Of a stretch of 64,000 bases of DNA, positions 44,085 through 57,924 are shown piece after piece. The stretch lies in contig NW_026889777.1 in assembly GCF_033153115.1 (NCBI RefSeq), positions 18,104,001 through 18,168,000 of the forward strand. The letters run 5' to 3'. The notes below the pieces were generated by a model. The model saw only the letters and a list, made by a program, of their open reading frames with translations. It did no database searches and had not been told where the DNA came from. Position 1 is the first letter of the stretch. Each line of letters opens with the position of its first letter. The stretch comes from Saccostrea echinata (Eukaryota). The position numbers were made by a program, and so were the translations under genes.

Positions 44085-44480
44085 AAGATGTGGATACTTA
44101 AAAACTCCAAGGAACTTTTAGGAAATTTGAAATAAAAAAAAAATTTAACCAAAGTCAAGAACATCGAAACGTACGACTTTTCAACACTTTATACAACCAT
44201 TCCCCTCAATATTTTGAAGTCAAGAGTTTAATTGACATCATAGACAGCTGCTTTTTCAATAGAAATGGAACTTGTAAATTTACTTACCTTGTCATAGGTC
44301 ATTTACAAAATTATTTTGTTAAAAAACACTCTGATTGTTCAAATAAGTACTCTGAAGTTGATATTAAAAAGATGCTTGATTACTGGTATCTGATTGACAG
44401 TATCTATGTAATTTTTGGCAATCAGATTTTGGAACAGTTCGCAATTCGCAATTCAATTCCCCCTTTGGCATTAATTCTAC
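44085..44480 (+). pseudogene. Penelope-like RT fragment
   Basis: WILKNSKELL, TYDFSTLYTTIP, KYSEVDIKKML. Confidence 0.7.
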
Positions 44481-45429
44481 AGGATTTTTAGGGTCAACAA
44501 GCCTGTTGTGAGCGACTCTCTGTCTATGCCGACGTCTACGACGCTGCCGTCGGTTGTTCACCGCCATGTTAGAGATTTTTTTAAGGACTTAAGTTTACTA
44601 AGAAGGTAACTTCAGATTTTTCTCAGTTTGAGTAAGAAAAAGAACTGAAGACTGCCTCAATGCCATAAACTGAGAACAGACTTAAGTCAAAATTTTGATT
44701 TTAAATATCTTGAGTTCTAATCAACTTATGTGCATGAAACTTTGCAGGTATGTATATTATAAAAATCCATACACATGGAAAAAATTGTTTCATTATCAAA
44801 ATTATTTTTAAAATTATATTGATTTGAAATTTTGACTTAAGTCTGTTCTCAGTTTATGATCTCGGAGCCAGTTCTCTGTAAAAATCAAACAGATTGAAAG
44901 AAGGTTGGCCACGACATGTCTCAGATTTTCTTCAAACTTGGCATATAGTATCTATCTAGGGTAAAACTTATATGTATGATATGATTTTTTTCTGGACATC
45001 CTCTCTTACCATAATAACTAGAATACAAAATTTGTGACCAATATTGCTAATTTGTGCATGGCAATATTGCCAAAATTACACTTTTTACACCATTTGTGCT
45101 GAAACCACAAATAGGAGTGGAACTCTGTTATTAATATTTTATAAAACTACATCAACACTTTCAATTGACATCTTTAATATATTGCATGATTATTTTAAAA
45201 TGTTGTAATACTTTCTCAAATAATGGCAAAATATCGATTTTTCAAAATACAGTCAAAACTGAAAAAAATCATCATTATGGGACAAAAAATAAAACAATAG
45301 CAGGACTTTCACAATGTATCACTTATTTCATCCTAAAGTACATGTACTTGTCACAAATAATGAAAATATTCAAAAACATTCATGGGTAAATAACTACAAA
45401 TGTTGACTGCAACAAAATGAAAATCATAA

Positions 45430-45580
45430 NNNNNNNNNNNNNNNNNNNNNNNNNNNNNNNNNNNNNNNNNNNNNNNNNNNNNNNNNNNNNNNNNNNNNNN
45501 NNNNNNNNNNNNNNNNNNNNNNNNNNNNNNNNNNNNNNNNNNNNNNNNNNNNNNNNNNNNNNNNNNNNNNNNNNNNNNNN
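45430..45580. other. Assembly gap (Ns)
   Basis: Run of N. Confidence 1.
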
Positions 45581-48500
45581 ATATAACAAGGTATATATGA
45601 TCTTTTTTTTTTTTTTTTTTTTAAAAAATCAACAAATTTAAACTTAAAATCTGTAGTATCAATAAGACATTATCAGCTGATCCATAAAAAAACATTTATT
45701 AATAATCATATAGAAGAGAATGTGATCATAAATATAGATAACCCCCCTTTCTAGCACAAGAAAAGTAACAAACCACTATTACTGTATCAAAATTTCCAGA
45801 ATACTGCAATCCAAAACACAAGTAGCTTTTATAGTTACTTGCTACATAGCACAATAAGCTATGAATTATTGAATAAAAGAGAAGTCTCATCAGCTTGTGA
45901 AAAAGTCTGGTCAAAACCTCTAATATCAAAATTATCAAAATTAAAATGTATTTATAGTTTACTTTAATTAATGCAAACTATACAATATTGAATTTGAAAA
46001 ACTGCTCACTAAGTCATTAGAAATATAATTTATGAAGAACTATTGCATGTAGTGGAAGGATATTTTGAAGAAAAATATCAAAATCTACAAAGGAGGACAG
46101 CACTTACAAATTTATGTAATTACGTTTAATAAAAGTGTGTATTTACGAAGTTCGAATCTGTTTTCAAAGGCATGGGTCATCACAATTTCTTGAATCTCCG
46201 TTCGATAATGAGGACGCCCACTTTTTACTGACTTTATACATAGTCAGCGCATGTTTGTCTATTGTTCTACTTTTAACAGTAGTTGTATATTTGCATAAAT
46301 AATAATGTGTCAAAAGGAGATTAATAGACAAACATGCGCTCATGGTTAAAAACAGAAAAAAAACTGCTTCTTCTTACATTCGCTCTCTGTGTTGTAACCA
46401 AGGATTGTGACGTTGAATATTATAATTCGCCACGTGACTTCTTACCTCAGGTAACTCTGTGAATACTAAATTCCATCACGTGACTTGTAGTAGCATGTTT
46501 TGTGCTAATTAGGACATTGTGTTCGAGCACGTTAAGTCATCTGGCATTAATATAAAATCTGCTTTAATTACATTGACGTGTTCGTATTGTTAATTTCGTT
46601 TTGAAACCTTTGTCAGAAGTGTATTTGTGCCATACAGAATGGAGAGGGAGATTGGAAAGAGTAATCACGTTCACTTTTCCAAACATGTCATTGCTATTTA
46701 TCAAGTCTAATTTTAGACCCATTCTTACAATGTTAGCTCCACCCCTCATGCATATCTAATGTTCAATCAAGGGCAGGTAAGTGTAAATTCACTATATTTG
46801 GAAAGCAGTAGGGACAGAAAACATTGAATCATTTTATTGTATCACAGTCTAAAATCATTTTAAGATTTAAATGTGCTTCCAAATTGACAGTATTCTTTCA
46901 TAAACATACAAAAGTGAGATAAGGTTTAGATATAAAAGCAATAGAAGCCACCGAAAAAGACCCCAAAACAGACGTTAAGTGCAGTCATCCTTTATTATTC
47001 AATCTGTTGGAACCTTTGTATTACATACATGTTATTGTATCTTTACAAAGTATTGTTAGAACATTTTACAATATTATATGCCAGGAATATGCAATTTAGG
47101 TTTAAAGTGATAAACGTGAATTTGTAACAATTTTTACACTTCTTATTAGCATACTTTGTCAAAAATTGCATATGTACTAAACGAATCAAGATAAAATTAA
47201 CATTATGCTTTTAGCCTGAATTTTGCATATTTTGACCAATACCTCAAAATTAACAACATTGGTCCCAACTGTATATTTTTCTTTTTGAAGTTTCACAATT
47301 CTTTCTTCCTGTTCAGCACTTGATTCATAAATAAAGTTTGGTATAAGAATAGATCATATTGCCTATTTAGATTTTTGATAACATAAAAATGATATTTTTC
47401 AGTGCAAAAAGGTCACAAAATCATTTATCGATATACACCTTGACTTCAAATTTTCTTTGCGATTTTGAGATATGCTAAACAATTAGACATCTAAAATATA
47501 CTTTTCAAAAAATCACTGATACAGTAACATACTTTTAAGGAATAACTGTCTATTTTTTTGGTTTCATGATGTGATCAATCGATTGGCTTGCGTGCTAATT
47601 TGCATAAACGCCAGGGTTAAGGCCTACCTTTTAATTGACACACTTCAAGGTCCCATGATGCATAAACTGACAAGTTTTGATGATCATACATGTATGCTTT
47701 AATGTGTCCAAGTTATGCATCAAAACTAAACTGAATACCTTCAAAACTCAAAAAGTAGGTCACCACGACCTTCGTTTGAGTCAACATGATATGAGGTCCA
47801 AAGATGCATCAACTGACAAGATTTGATGATCCTAGGCCTTATAGTGGGCAAAATTTCAAAGTTTTAACAAAACTTAATTTTTGGTCAACTTTGAAGTGAC
47901 CTTGAGACCACGCCCTTTGTCCCAGGGTGATGCCTTGAACAATTTGCCCAGTGATTCTTAAGAAGAAGATTTTTTAGTACATGTAACCAGCACTTTTGTT
48001 TTTATTTCCCTAATTATCTCCCCTTGTTTAAGGGACACATCCCTAGTTTTAGTATAAATGAAAGCCCTTGGTCCAAGGATACTCTGTAACAAATTTGAAA
48101 AATTTTGACTTAGGGGTTTTTGAGATATGGCCCATTTTCCAAAAAGTTTACGCACACCGCACAAATGGCCATATCACCTTTGGCTCAGAAGAGCTAAAAA
48201 TGATTATGATTAAAAAAAGAAATAAGCAGAGTAAAACTGGATTTTTTTATGTTACAATTAAGATTCATTTTTTAAAACTGGTCACCTTGAAAAGCAATGC
48301 ATCTACTAGGCTTTCCCAATTTCTTGAAGTTGTCTTTTCCAAAATTAATTAACTCTAAGGTTTCATTCAAATTCTAATAGCCATGATATATCTGGTCAAG
48401 ATTATGTTCTTGTTTCTTTCCTTATTCATCTTCTTTGGTAAATCCTTTGAAAAATAAAATAATGAATGTAAAAATTCATGAATATAATGATAATAATTAA

Positions 48501-49152
48501 CGAATTTAATGATAAAAATTAATAATCAACACTATTATCTTTCTATGAACAAAATCAAAAGGAAAGTCATGATTCCATCATTACAAAATTCAGTACAGGT
48601 CAAACACTATCTCTTGACTGAACTATAGATATACTTTAATATAAGGGTGTTACAATCTGGCTAAAATGTATAAGGATTTACTGTGATACGCTGAGACTTT
48701 ATCATGATATGTACTATATTTCACCATATATTTTTACACAAACTGTGTTCTGAAATTGGAAACAATCATGTACAGTTTGTGAGAAGACAGATATAGATCA
48801 TATCTTCCAAGTATTCAGAATTAACACTATAAAACAAAATTTTAATCAGCTGATAAATTGTCTTACGAATGTTTCATTATTACGCATCTTAAAGAAAAAT
48901 ACATGAAGTGCCATAGATGTGAAGTGGCAACTTCTTTTTCATTAAAACCAATCAGAAAAAAATTAAAAATGCTGAAAAGGTAAATAGTGTGATATGCAGA
49001 TATATGTTCTTGTTAGACAATTTTACAATTTTTTAGTGTATTGAAGTATGTCAGTATACCTATGGAATACATCATAACACCCCTTCCTTTAAATATATCT
49101 ATAAATGTATATCATTGTAAGATAAACAAAATAGTTTGATTAATCTTTTTAA

Positions 49153-50184
49153 AGTGACAGTACGGCGCATCTCATCAAAAAACTGACTAGACAAAATTTT
49201 CCGACAAGATTTGGAATTTTTTTACTACTCATAAATGTATAAACTTTCAGAAAATTACAACTTTTACAATTAAATGATTTGGATTATTTCATTAAAATTA
49301 ATAGTTATTTATGGGACGTAAATATATACATCGCAACGTGTTCGGGGTTCCACATTCCATGCTATGCACGCATGCGTAGTTTCATAAACAAAACAGCATG
49401 GTTAGAGAGGGAATCCCGGTAGGCCTGCTACATTGACAAAGTCGACCAAAAAGAAAAAGAAACTGAAAATAGAACTTTCCTGACTAAAATTTAGTTAGGG
49501 GATTAATAAAATCGCTGGATAAGGAAGAAACGGGAACTCGGCGACACTCACGCAGGGCTCTCGAAGGTTCTATTCGACAGGTTTGTTGATACTAGTTATC
49601 ATTTCTCATTTTTCCGTCGCTTTCAAAGAAAAAAATAGTGTAAACTCAACATAAAAAATACATTTTTGACTTATAAACATTGTTGCCATTTGAAATGCTA
49701 ATTTTTTTTAACTGTGCAGAAAAATACTTAGTTTGACATTTGGCGCGATAACGTATGAATAGTTGGTTTTTCCTTTCTCGGACCCCAATACACAAAACGT
49801 AAACATTTGTACTTTTAATTCTGTTAAATTCGCCTGAATGCAGACTAAAATCTTTACTATTATTATTTTAGATTATTTTATCAGAAAGTTATGATAATTT
49901 GTGTTTTTGAAAATTGCTTTCACCTAATATTCATTACAACTGTAAACTCTACAGTGTAGGCACGTGCCGTTTTAGAATTCACGTGGTACAAATAAACAGA
50001 TCTAAGATTGCTCCAGTTCGTACGACCCTTGATTTTCCGGCAGATTCTAATTACGTTAATTTTGTTTGAGTAGAGAATATTTCTGTTTCTCAAACTGCTT
50101 ACATCAACTTTATATCTTATTTCTTAATGACATATTGGGTAAATTTGGATGAAAAAGCACACATTTTGGAGCCGTACTGTCGCT
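49153..50184. mobile_element. Non-autonomous DNA transposon with TTAA TSD (Kolobok-like)
   Basis: TTAA|AGTGACAGTACGGC...GCCGTACTGTCGCT|TTAA. Confidence 0.75.
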
Positions 50185-50830
50185 TTAAATGAATGATTTT
50201 AAATGAAATGGACTTAGAGTTACAAATTTGTAATTAACTTGTTATTCTCTTATTTGTACTAATGCATGTCCATAAAAAATGAAATAAATAAATAAACACA
50301 AATTGAGGAGAATTTAAACACTGCAAAGGATGTATTTCCATTGTTTGGGTAAATATATATCATCTCTTGCATGGTGATCATAAATACTCTGAACAGTTTG
50401 GGATATAAATTTACAGTGCAAGAATGAAGAAAATTTATTTGGCTATAAATATTTTCAATCCCACAAAATTACATGAAAAACAGCAACTTTTCGCAGACAA
50501 TTTCTTCTGTATTTGTCCTAGCTGTTTAGCTGCATTGATTCCCCCCAAAAAGATCCGAAACTTCTTTGTAAAGACACTTTACATACAAAATATAAGTTTC
50601 CCCTCTTTTTTGCACTGTGAATTTGGATAAATGGTCCATAAAACAATGATTTTTTTTCAATAAATATTTTTACACACCTGGAGCATGTTACTGTAAACTT
50701 TCAGAGCAGTTGTCAAGGAAATAATTTTCAAGGAAACCAATTCGTTCCTTATGGGTCCCCGGGACCACAAAGTCAGTTTGCTGGATATTTATCACCAATA
50801 CCAAACCCTCAACAACAGCAGTATCAGCAT

Positions 50831-50928
50831 TGTTACAACGCGAAATGTATTGGATGTATGGATTGTTGCATTTTGCGTTATTACATTTTGCGTCGATATC
50901 AACGCAGAATGTAATAACGCAAAATGTA

Positions 50929-50976
<48 letters not shown>

Positions 50977-51048
50977 CAATCTGATTAAAATACAGATCTC
51001 TTCATCTGCACTTTGCGCTATGAAGAGATCTGTATTTTAATCAGATTG

Positions 51049-51109
<61 letters not shown>

Positions 51110-51891
51110 ATATATATATATATGTTTTACAAATCATGTGCATTGCAGACCAGCAAAAATTAAATTCTCTCTCTTTCTCCAATAATAAAATAGATTGTTT
51201 CTACATGCGCATAAAAATTCAATGATCAACATAAAAAGTAACCCCTACCCCCCCCCCCCCCTCACCAGACACCCACACCCACATACATGCACTTCTAATT
51301 TGCTAACTAATGTACACATCCACGTTGTACATGCATATCAAGAGCTTTCAATGGACCAGTGGTCAATCTTTGGTAATCAAGAATATCAGTGACGGATATA
51401 TAATACAGACAGACATGTCAATCAAAGTTAAGTTGATGTTTTATAAGTATTCAATAAAAATGTTAGAATCAGTTTAAAAATATACAATTAGATAAAATAA
51501 TGTCCGTTAAAGTCGTAACGTTTGTCCAATAATCATAGGTCTGTCTGTTTTGTAAATCGAGTTTCCTCATTGTTATATGTTTAAATCAATTTTGTGATGT
51601 TTCGCGTTGAAAACATTACAAAAACATATATTTGTTAAATAACATTTTGTTTTATTACATTTTGCGTTGTCCTCAACGCAAAAAATAGGTAACGCAAAAT
51701 ATAACAACCAAAAAGTGCATTATTACATTTTGCGTAAATCCCAACACAAAATGTTATAACGCAAAATGTAATAATCCAAAAATCGTGTTATTACACTTTT
51801 GCGTCATTACATTTTGCGTTGATCTCGATGCAAAATGTAATAATCCCAGTTTAGTACATTTTGCGTTGTTATTACATTTCGCGTTGTGACA
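50831..51891. mobile_element. Non-autonomous TIR element with sub-terminal ATTACATTTTGCG repeats
   Basis: TGTTACAACGCGAAATGTA...TACATTTCGCGTTGTGACA; internal (TATC)n and a hairpin. Confidence 0.6.
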
Positions 51892-51899
51892 GGGGGTTT

Positions 51900-52770
51900 T
51901 CACAATACTAAACTAATAGAGAAATTACACCTAAAATTTTGTAAACATTCTAATCTTGAAAACATCAACACCAAACGTTATGGTGTATAGAGAACTTGGT
52001 AGACACTCTTTATTAATTGATATCAAAGTTAGGGTAAACTCATATTTATTAATGCTCAGAGCTCTAAATTGTCTGCAAAAATTTATATCCTTTGAAAATA
52101 AATAAGAATCCATGGTATTATTTTGTTCAGAAAATTTTAAATGAATGTGGATTGACTTATGTGTGGTATGAAAATTCAATTAATGTATCTTGGCTAAAAA
52201 ATAAGTATATACCACTCTCTTAAATCAGCTTAATCAAACATGGTTTAGTGATGTACAAACTTCCCTAAAGGCTTAAACTATAGAATTAAAAAAATCATTA
52301 ATCTTTGAGGACTATTTGTTGAATTTGCCTCCTAAACAATGCAAGAAATATTGTTTATTTAGAACTGGGAATGCAAAATTACCAATTGAGTCTAATAGAT
52401 GGTTTTACATCCCTAGAGAAAATAGAATTTGTAAAATATGTAACAGCAACGAAATTGGTGATGAATTTAATTACTTATTTAAATGTACTGATGTGTCTAT
52501 AAAGAACTCAAGAGTTTATGTATTTGTCAAAATATTTTCATTTGAATCCAAATATTTTGAAAATTGAAATGCTTTTTAATGTAACCAATACTAATCAACT
52601 TCCCAAAGTTTGTAAATTGTTAGATATTATAATTGAGAAAGTTGGCTCTCTTGGTTGTTATACTCTGTTACCCCTTCTTGAGGCATGTAATATTTTCTGT
52701 TTATTATACTGTACATATCTTTTCCTCACTGTTTTGTCAGTTATGAGAATAAAGTTCAAGTTCAGGTTCT
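51900..52770 (+). pseudogene. LINE 3' fragment (RTE-X-like)
   Basis: FRTGNAKLPIE..RENRICKICNSNEIGDEF; AATAAAGTTCAAGTTCA tail. Confidence 0.7.
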
Positions 52771-54994
52771 TGCAAACTGCGAATCTTTGTCCACTTGGAT
52801 AAGTTTTTTCACCAAACCATTTGTTTACCATTACAATCTCTACATATTGTACCTCCAGGCGTTAAAGAGTAATCTAAGGGAAGTAATTGGGAAGCAAAAA
52901 ATGCTTCAATATGTGGAAAAAATGAATATTCACCATTGAATTTCTTTTACACCTATCATTTGCCTACCATTTTTATGCCCCTGGATCGAAAGATCCTGGG
53001 GGTATATTGTTTTTGTCCTGTCTGTCTGTTTGTCTGTCTGTCTGTTGTCAACTTTAACCTTGCCCATAACTTTTTCTTGGTTGGAGCTATGACTTTCATA
53101 TTTCACATGTGTATTCCTTGTGACAAGACCTTTCTTTGGGTACCATCGTATCTGAATTTTGTAATTTATTTCTTAACCTTAAACAAACTACTCCGGACTG
53201 TATGGTGTATGGTGAACTCGGTCGACATCTGTGACGGTACATATTGTCGTTTGGTACATATTGTCGTCGGCGACAATATGTACCTACCCTCACTGCACAT
53301 ATTGTCGTCCATCAGTACATATTGTCGCCGTCAGAAAAGTAACACCTGTACATATTGTCGCTGGCGACATTATGTGCCTCACCCTTACTGTACATATTGT
53401 CGCCCCACAGATATTGTTGCTTCAAGATTTCTTTTGTTGTTTTTTAATAGATTTGTGAATGTAATTGGTGTATAAATCATACTGACGTATCTCGTATGAT
53501 ATTTAATGCAGCGTAATTGTGACTGTACATTTTGTCGTTCTTTTCATATTGTCGCCGGCGACAATGTGTACTAACCTCACTGCGCATTTTGTCGTTCATC
53601 AGAACATGTCGCATGGCGCTGCACGGCAATGCTCCATATAAATATGGCCAGAGAAACCCAAAACTTTAAAAATAGTTTGATCGCCGAAATATGGCTAAAA
53701 TATTGCCGACTCGGCGTTAAACAATAATAATCAATCAATCCATATAAATATGATTTATCATTGCTTTTGATTTTTAGAAGATAATTTTTAAAGAATTTTC
53801 CCATATATTCCTCTGTAAAACTTTGATCGCCCATTGTGGACCCACCAAAGGCCCGGTTTGATTTGAAGATACTTGAATCTGCACTACCTGATAATGCTTC
53901 CATATAAACAACATTAATCACGGGCCTACTGCTGTTCTCAATGGTGGATCCAGAAATTTCAGAACGGAGAGGGGGGATGTTGGCGGTTCAGAATTTTTTT
54001 TTTCAAGCAAAAAAAATTCAAATGTCATTTGTATGTAAAGGTGTGTTACTGTATATGTTAAGTAAATTATTTCATTATGAAATTTTACCTCTTGACTTAT
54101 TTGAGAATATATACAAATTAAACCTATAGAATTTACCAAAGAAGAAAAGCAAGCAAACCACCGGGGGGGGGGGGGATGAGGGGTGCGCCGGTGCTACATT
54201 TTTTAAAAGATTTTTAAAGATTTTCTATATATATTCCTATATAAAACTTTGATCACCCATTGTGGCTCAACCCTACCTCTGGAGTCATGATTTGAACAAA
54301 ATTGATTTTGTTTTTGTTTGTTGTTATCGTGTCCATCTCGAGAATTTTCATTCGTATGTAGACGTCACCACATACCGGTGGAGGAATGCAAATTTAAACC
54401 TATACCTGGCACTCAGGGTCATTGAGCAGTGAGGGATCTTTCCAGCACCTCAAAATTGAACTTACGCTATGTAAAGAAGCTTTCACATAAGTATCATCTC
54501 TTCTGACCCAGTACTTTTTGGGAAAAAAAATGAAAGAATTTTCTCTATATATTCTATGAAAAACTTTGATCACCTATTGCAGCCACACCCTTTCCCCGAG
54601 GGACATGATCTGGATGAAACCGAATCTACACTTTATAATGAAGCTTTCACATAAGTTTCAACTTTTCTGACACAGTGGTTCTGTATAATCATTACTACTG
54701 AACAAAAAACCCCCCAAAAACTAATACATGTATTCAATCTCCAGGTATATATTATACGAAAAAAGAAGAGGTTGATTTATCAGATATCTCAAAAATTTTG
54801 TATCTTGACATATCATAGTGATGTACATCAATCCTCCACACAATTTTCTTACCAACAAGGTTTTCTCCCTGTAGTATTGCAAAGAATACTGTCTGTCCCC
54901 CTCCGTGCGTGTGTGTGTTTGTCTATCTCTCTTTCTTTCTCACGTAAATATTCGTCAAAACAATATATCGACGACAATATATGCCGGCCTTGCT

Positions 54995-55250
54995 TTTTTG
55001 TTTGATCCCTCTCGAGAATTTTTCACACATATGGAGACGCCACCACTTGCCGGTGGAGAGCTGCAAATTTTTGACCTACATTCGGCATTCAGGGCCATTG
55101 AGCGTTGCGGAATCTTTTTTGTGCCAACAGCTACTGCGACACGGGACCTCGGTTTATACGGTCTCCACATTCCAGAGTGGGATTCGAACCCGCGACATCA
55201 GGATCAACTCTTTACTTCGCGACTGTAGAGCAGACGCTCTAACCACTGCG
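54995..55250 (-). mobile_element. tRNA-derived SINE (partly deleted copy)
   Basis: Paralogue of 55633-55931 with A/B-box-like head. Confidence 0.7.
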
Positions 55251-55399
55251 CAACGTACTCGATCAATCTTCTTTGTTGCAATTCAGTTGTGAAACTATTA
55301 TTTTTAATCTACTTGTTTTGTAGTTCAATTGCGAATATATCGAACATTTTCCGAGTTATTTTGTTGTAGTTCAATTGTCAACCTAACAAAAGGTTTCTA

Positions 55400-56680
55400 A
55401 TGAAATATGTGGAGATAACGAACAGTAGTTCAAAAGTCCATTTAACAATACAAATTTCGGAGCAGAGCAAACACGGACCTCTAAGACATCAGAGGTGGGA
55501 CAGGTGCCATGGAGGAGTGAGCATCCCCTGCCGACCGGTCACACCCTGCGTGTGCTCCTTGTCATGATCGGGAAATAACGGAAAAATCCGTCGACAATTT
55601 AGTGCGTAAATAATGGCCTAACAATTAGTATGTTTTTGTTTGTATGTTGTTTAACGTCCCTCTCGAGAATTTTTCACTCATATGGAGACGCCATCACTTG
55701 CCGGTGGAGAGCTGCAAATTTTGTCCTATACTCGACACTCAAGGCCATTGAGCAGTGAGGGATCTTTTTCGTGCCAGCATCTTCTGCGACACGGGACCTC
55801 GGTTTATACGGTCTCATCTGAAGGACCGGTCTCCACGTCCCACAGTGGGATTCGAACCCGCAACGTAAGGATCAACTCCTTACTTCGCGACTCTAGAGCA
55901 GACGCTCTAACCACTGCGCCACGCGGGCGACAACAATTAGTATGAAAAAAGTCAGTCAGCATTTGACTTAATGATAGATTGTACTTGCTGACAAGGTCAT
56001 TGTAACGACATAGAACGTACGAAATGATGACTTTAAACAAGACTGCTGATATTCTTATTTCATGATCTTGTTTGTCAAGAACTCATCTCGTTTTAGAAAT
56101 TGTACATACGTAGAGCATGCTCTTGCGTATCGAATTAACCGAGATATATAAACCCCGTATGCAGGTGATAAGGGTATATTGCTGCATAGGTAAGGGAAGT
56201 TGACGATTTAAAAGTTAAAGTCATCACGTTTATCATAAAGATTGGTTGTTAGATTACCATTAACATCTTTTTCTAATAAATTATCCAAATATGAAACAGA
56301 TGTTTCAGACTCTGTGGTATCTTTATCTCAAGCTCACCGGGATATATCGTTTCGACATAAGAATGGAAATAACCATTGTTTATTGATAATACGTCGTCAA
56401 TATATCTAAATGTCGAGTTGAAGGCAACAGCAAGTGTTTTCTTCTTTTCATGTAAAAGATTTTGAACAAATTCTGCTTCATATGAATACAAAAATAGATC
56501 TGTTAATAATGGGGCACATTTGATACCCATGGAAATTCCTATAGATTGTTTGAAGACCTGGTCTCCAAAATCCACATAGATATTGTCAATCAGAAACTCG
56601 AGCCTCTTTTTAATGTCAACTTCAGTGTACTTGTGTGTACAATCAGGTTGTTTTTTAACAACGTAATTTGTTGGGAAGAT
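55400..56680 (-). pseudogene. Penelope-like element fragment (RT and 3' end), interrupted by a SINE
   Basis: FGDQVFKQSIGISMG..CAPLL.DLFLYSYEAEF, FRYIDDVLSIN. Confidence 0.8.
55633..55931 (-). mobile_element. tRNA-derived SINE with 13-bp TSD AACAATTAGTATG
   Basis: Box A TGGCGCAGTGG, box B GGTTCGAATCC, AAAC-like tail; TSD at 55620-55632 and 55932-55944. Confidence 0.85.
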
Positions 56681-56689
56681 ACTTGATGT

Positions 56690-57370
56690 AGACTTTCAAT
56701 TGCGAACTGAACTGACCATTGTTCGAGTAATCCATATAAACATAACTAGTCAGAGTTACTTTTTTTGTACATGTAGTTCATTTGTAATCCTAATTATCCA
56801 TTATCCGATTCCTTTGTTGTCCATACATCAATTTTAAACCTAACTTACCATTATCAGAATCTTTTAATGTAGTTCAATTGTAAACCGAACTAACCATTAC
56901 CCAATTCCTTTGTTGTAGTTCAATTGTAAACCCAACTAACCATTACCCAATTCCTTTGTTGTAGTTCAATTGTAAACCCAACTAACCATTACCCGTTTCA
57001 TTTGTTGTAGTTCAATTGTAAACCCAACTAACCATTACCCAATTCCTTGTTGAAGTTCAATTGTAAACCCAACTAACCATTACCAAATTCCTCGTTGAAG
57101 TTCAATTGTAAGCCTAACTAACCATTACCCAATTCCTTGTTGAAGTTCAATTGTAAGCCTAACTAACCATTACCCAATTCCTTGTTGAAGTTCAATTTCA
57201 ATTGTAAACCGAAATAACCATTACTCATTTCTTTGTTGAAGTTCAATTGTAAAACTAACTAACCATTATCCAATTCCTTGTTGAAATTCATTTGTAAACC
57301 TTACTAACCATTACCCGATTCCTTTGTTTTAGTTCAACTGTAAGCCTAACGATTCCTTACTCGTTTCCTT
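56690..57370. repeat. 45-46-bp minisatellite
   Basis: GTTCAATTGTAAACCCAACTAACCATTACCCAATTCCTT(T)GTTG(T/A)A, more than 10 head-to-tail copies. Degenerate copies also at about 55270-55385. Confidence 0.9.
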
Positions 57371-57924
57371 TACATGATTTATTATACATTAATGACATTA
57401 ATTAAATAATAAATATTCAAGAGAATGATAAAGTACTTCTTTAATTTTCTTTTGGCTTGCTAAATCTTATTTTGTCCACAGCCACAGCACCTGGGCCTTT
57501 TTCTCCATCAAATCCAGCAAGGAAAAAATACTGTAGTAAAAAAAAAATATAATAAAGAAGTAAGCAAATAACTAAAATCACAGTATTAAGTGGGGGTAGA
57601 ATGGCACTGAATTTTATTTTCATTTTTTCTTTATACGCAGCACTGTTAAGGCGTACTATGAAGAAAACAACGGAAAATAGACGTGTACAAATAGATACCT
57701 TTTTAATACTGATTTATTTTTGTAAAGCTATTATACTACCAGATGACTTTAATATTTATTGAAATAACATTGTATACCCCACTCTATATTGAATCTAGTT
57801 TGGTCACCTTATTTGAAAGTCACGTGATAAATGCATATAATGTGCACTACATGGAGATCATACAAAAATTTCAATATCGCAAGGGCATATCGTAGTTCAA
57901 TTAAAAAAAATTAAGTTATAAATT

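Noticed and set aside
55840-55931. tRNA gene
   Set aside because: The A/B boxes belong to a SINE head with body, tail and TSD, and paralogous copies lie nearby.
56690-57370. CRISPR-like regular repeats
   Set aside because: Head-to-tail minisatellite with no unique spacers, no cas genes, and a eukaryotic context.
45700-57530. Scattered exon-like blocks on the minus strand (about 45735, 47240, 48285, 50420, 50680, 57440)
   Set aside because: Splice-like borders are present, but the frames I translated contain stops and no recognisable protein. They may be a decayed host gene, but I cannot support a call.
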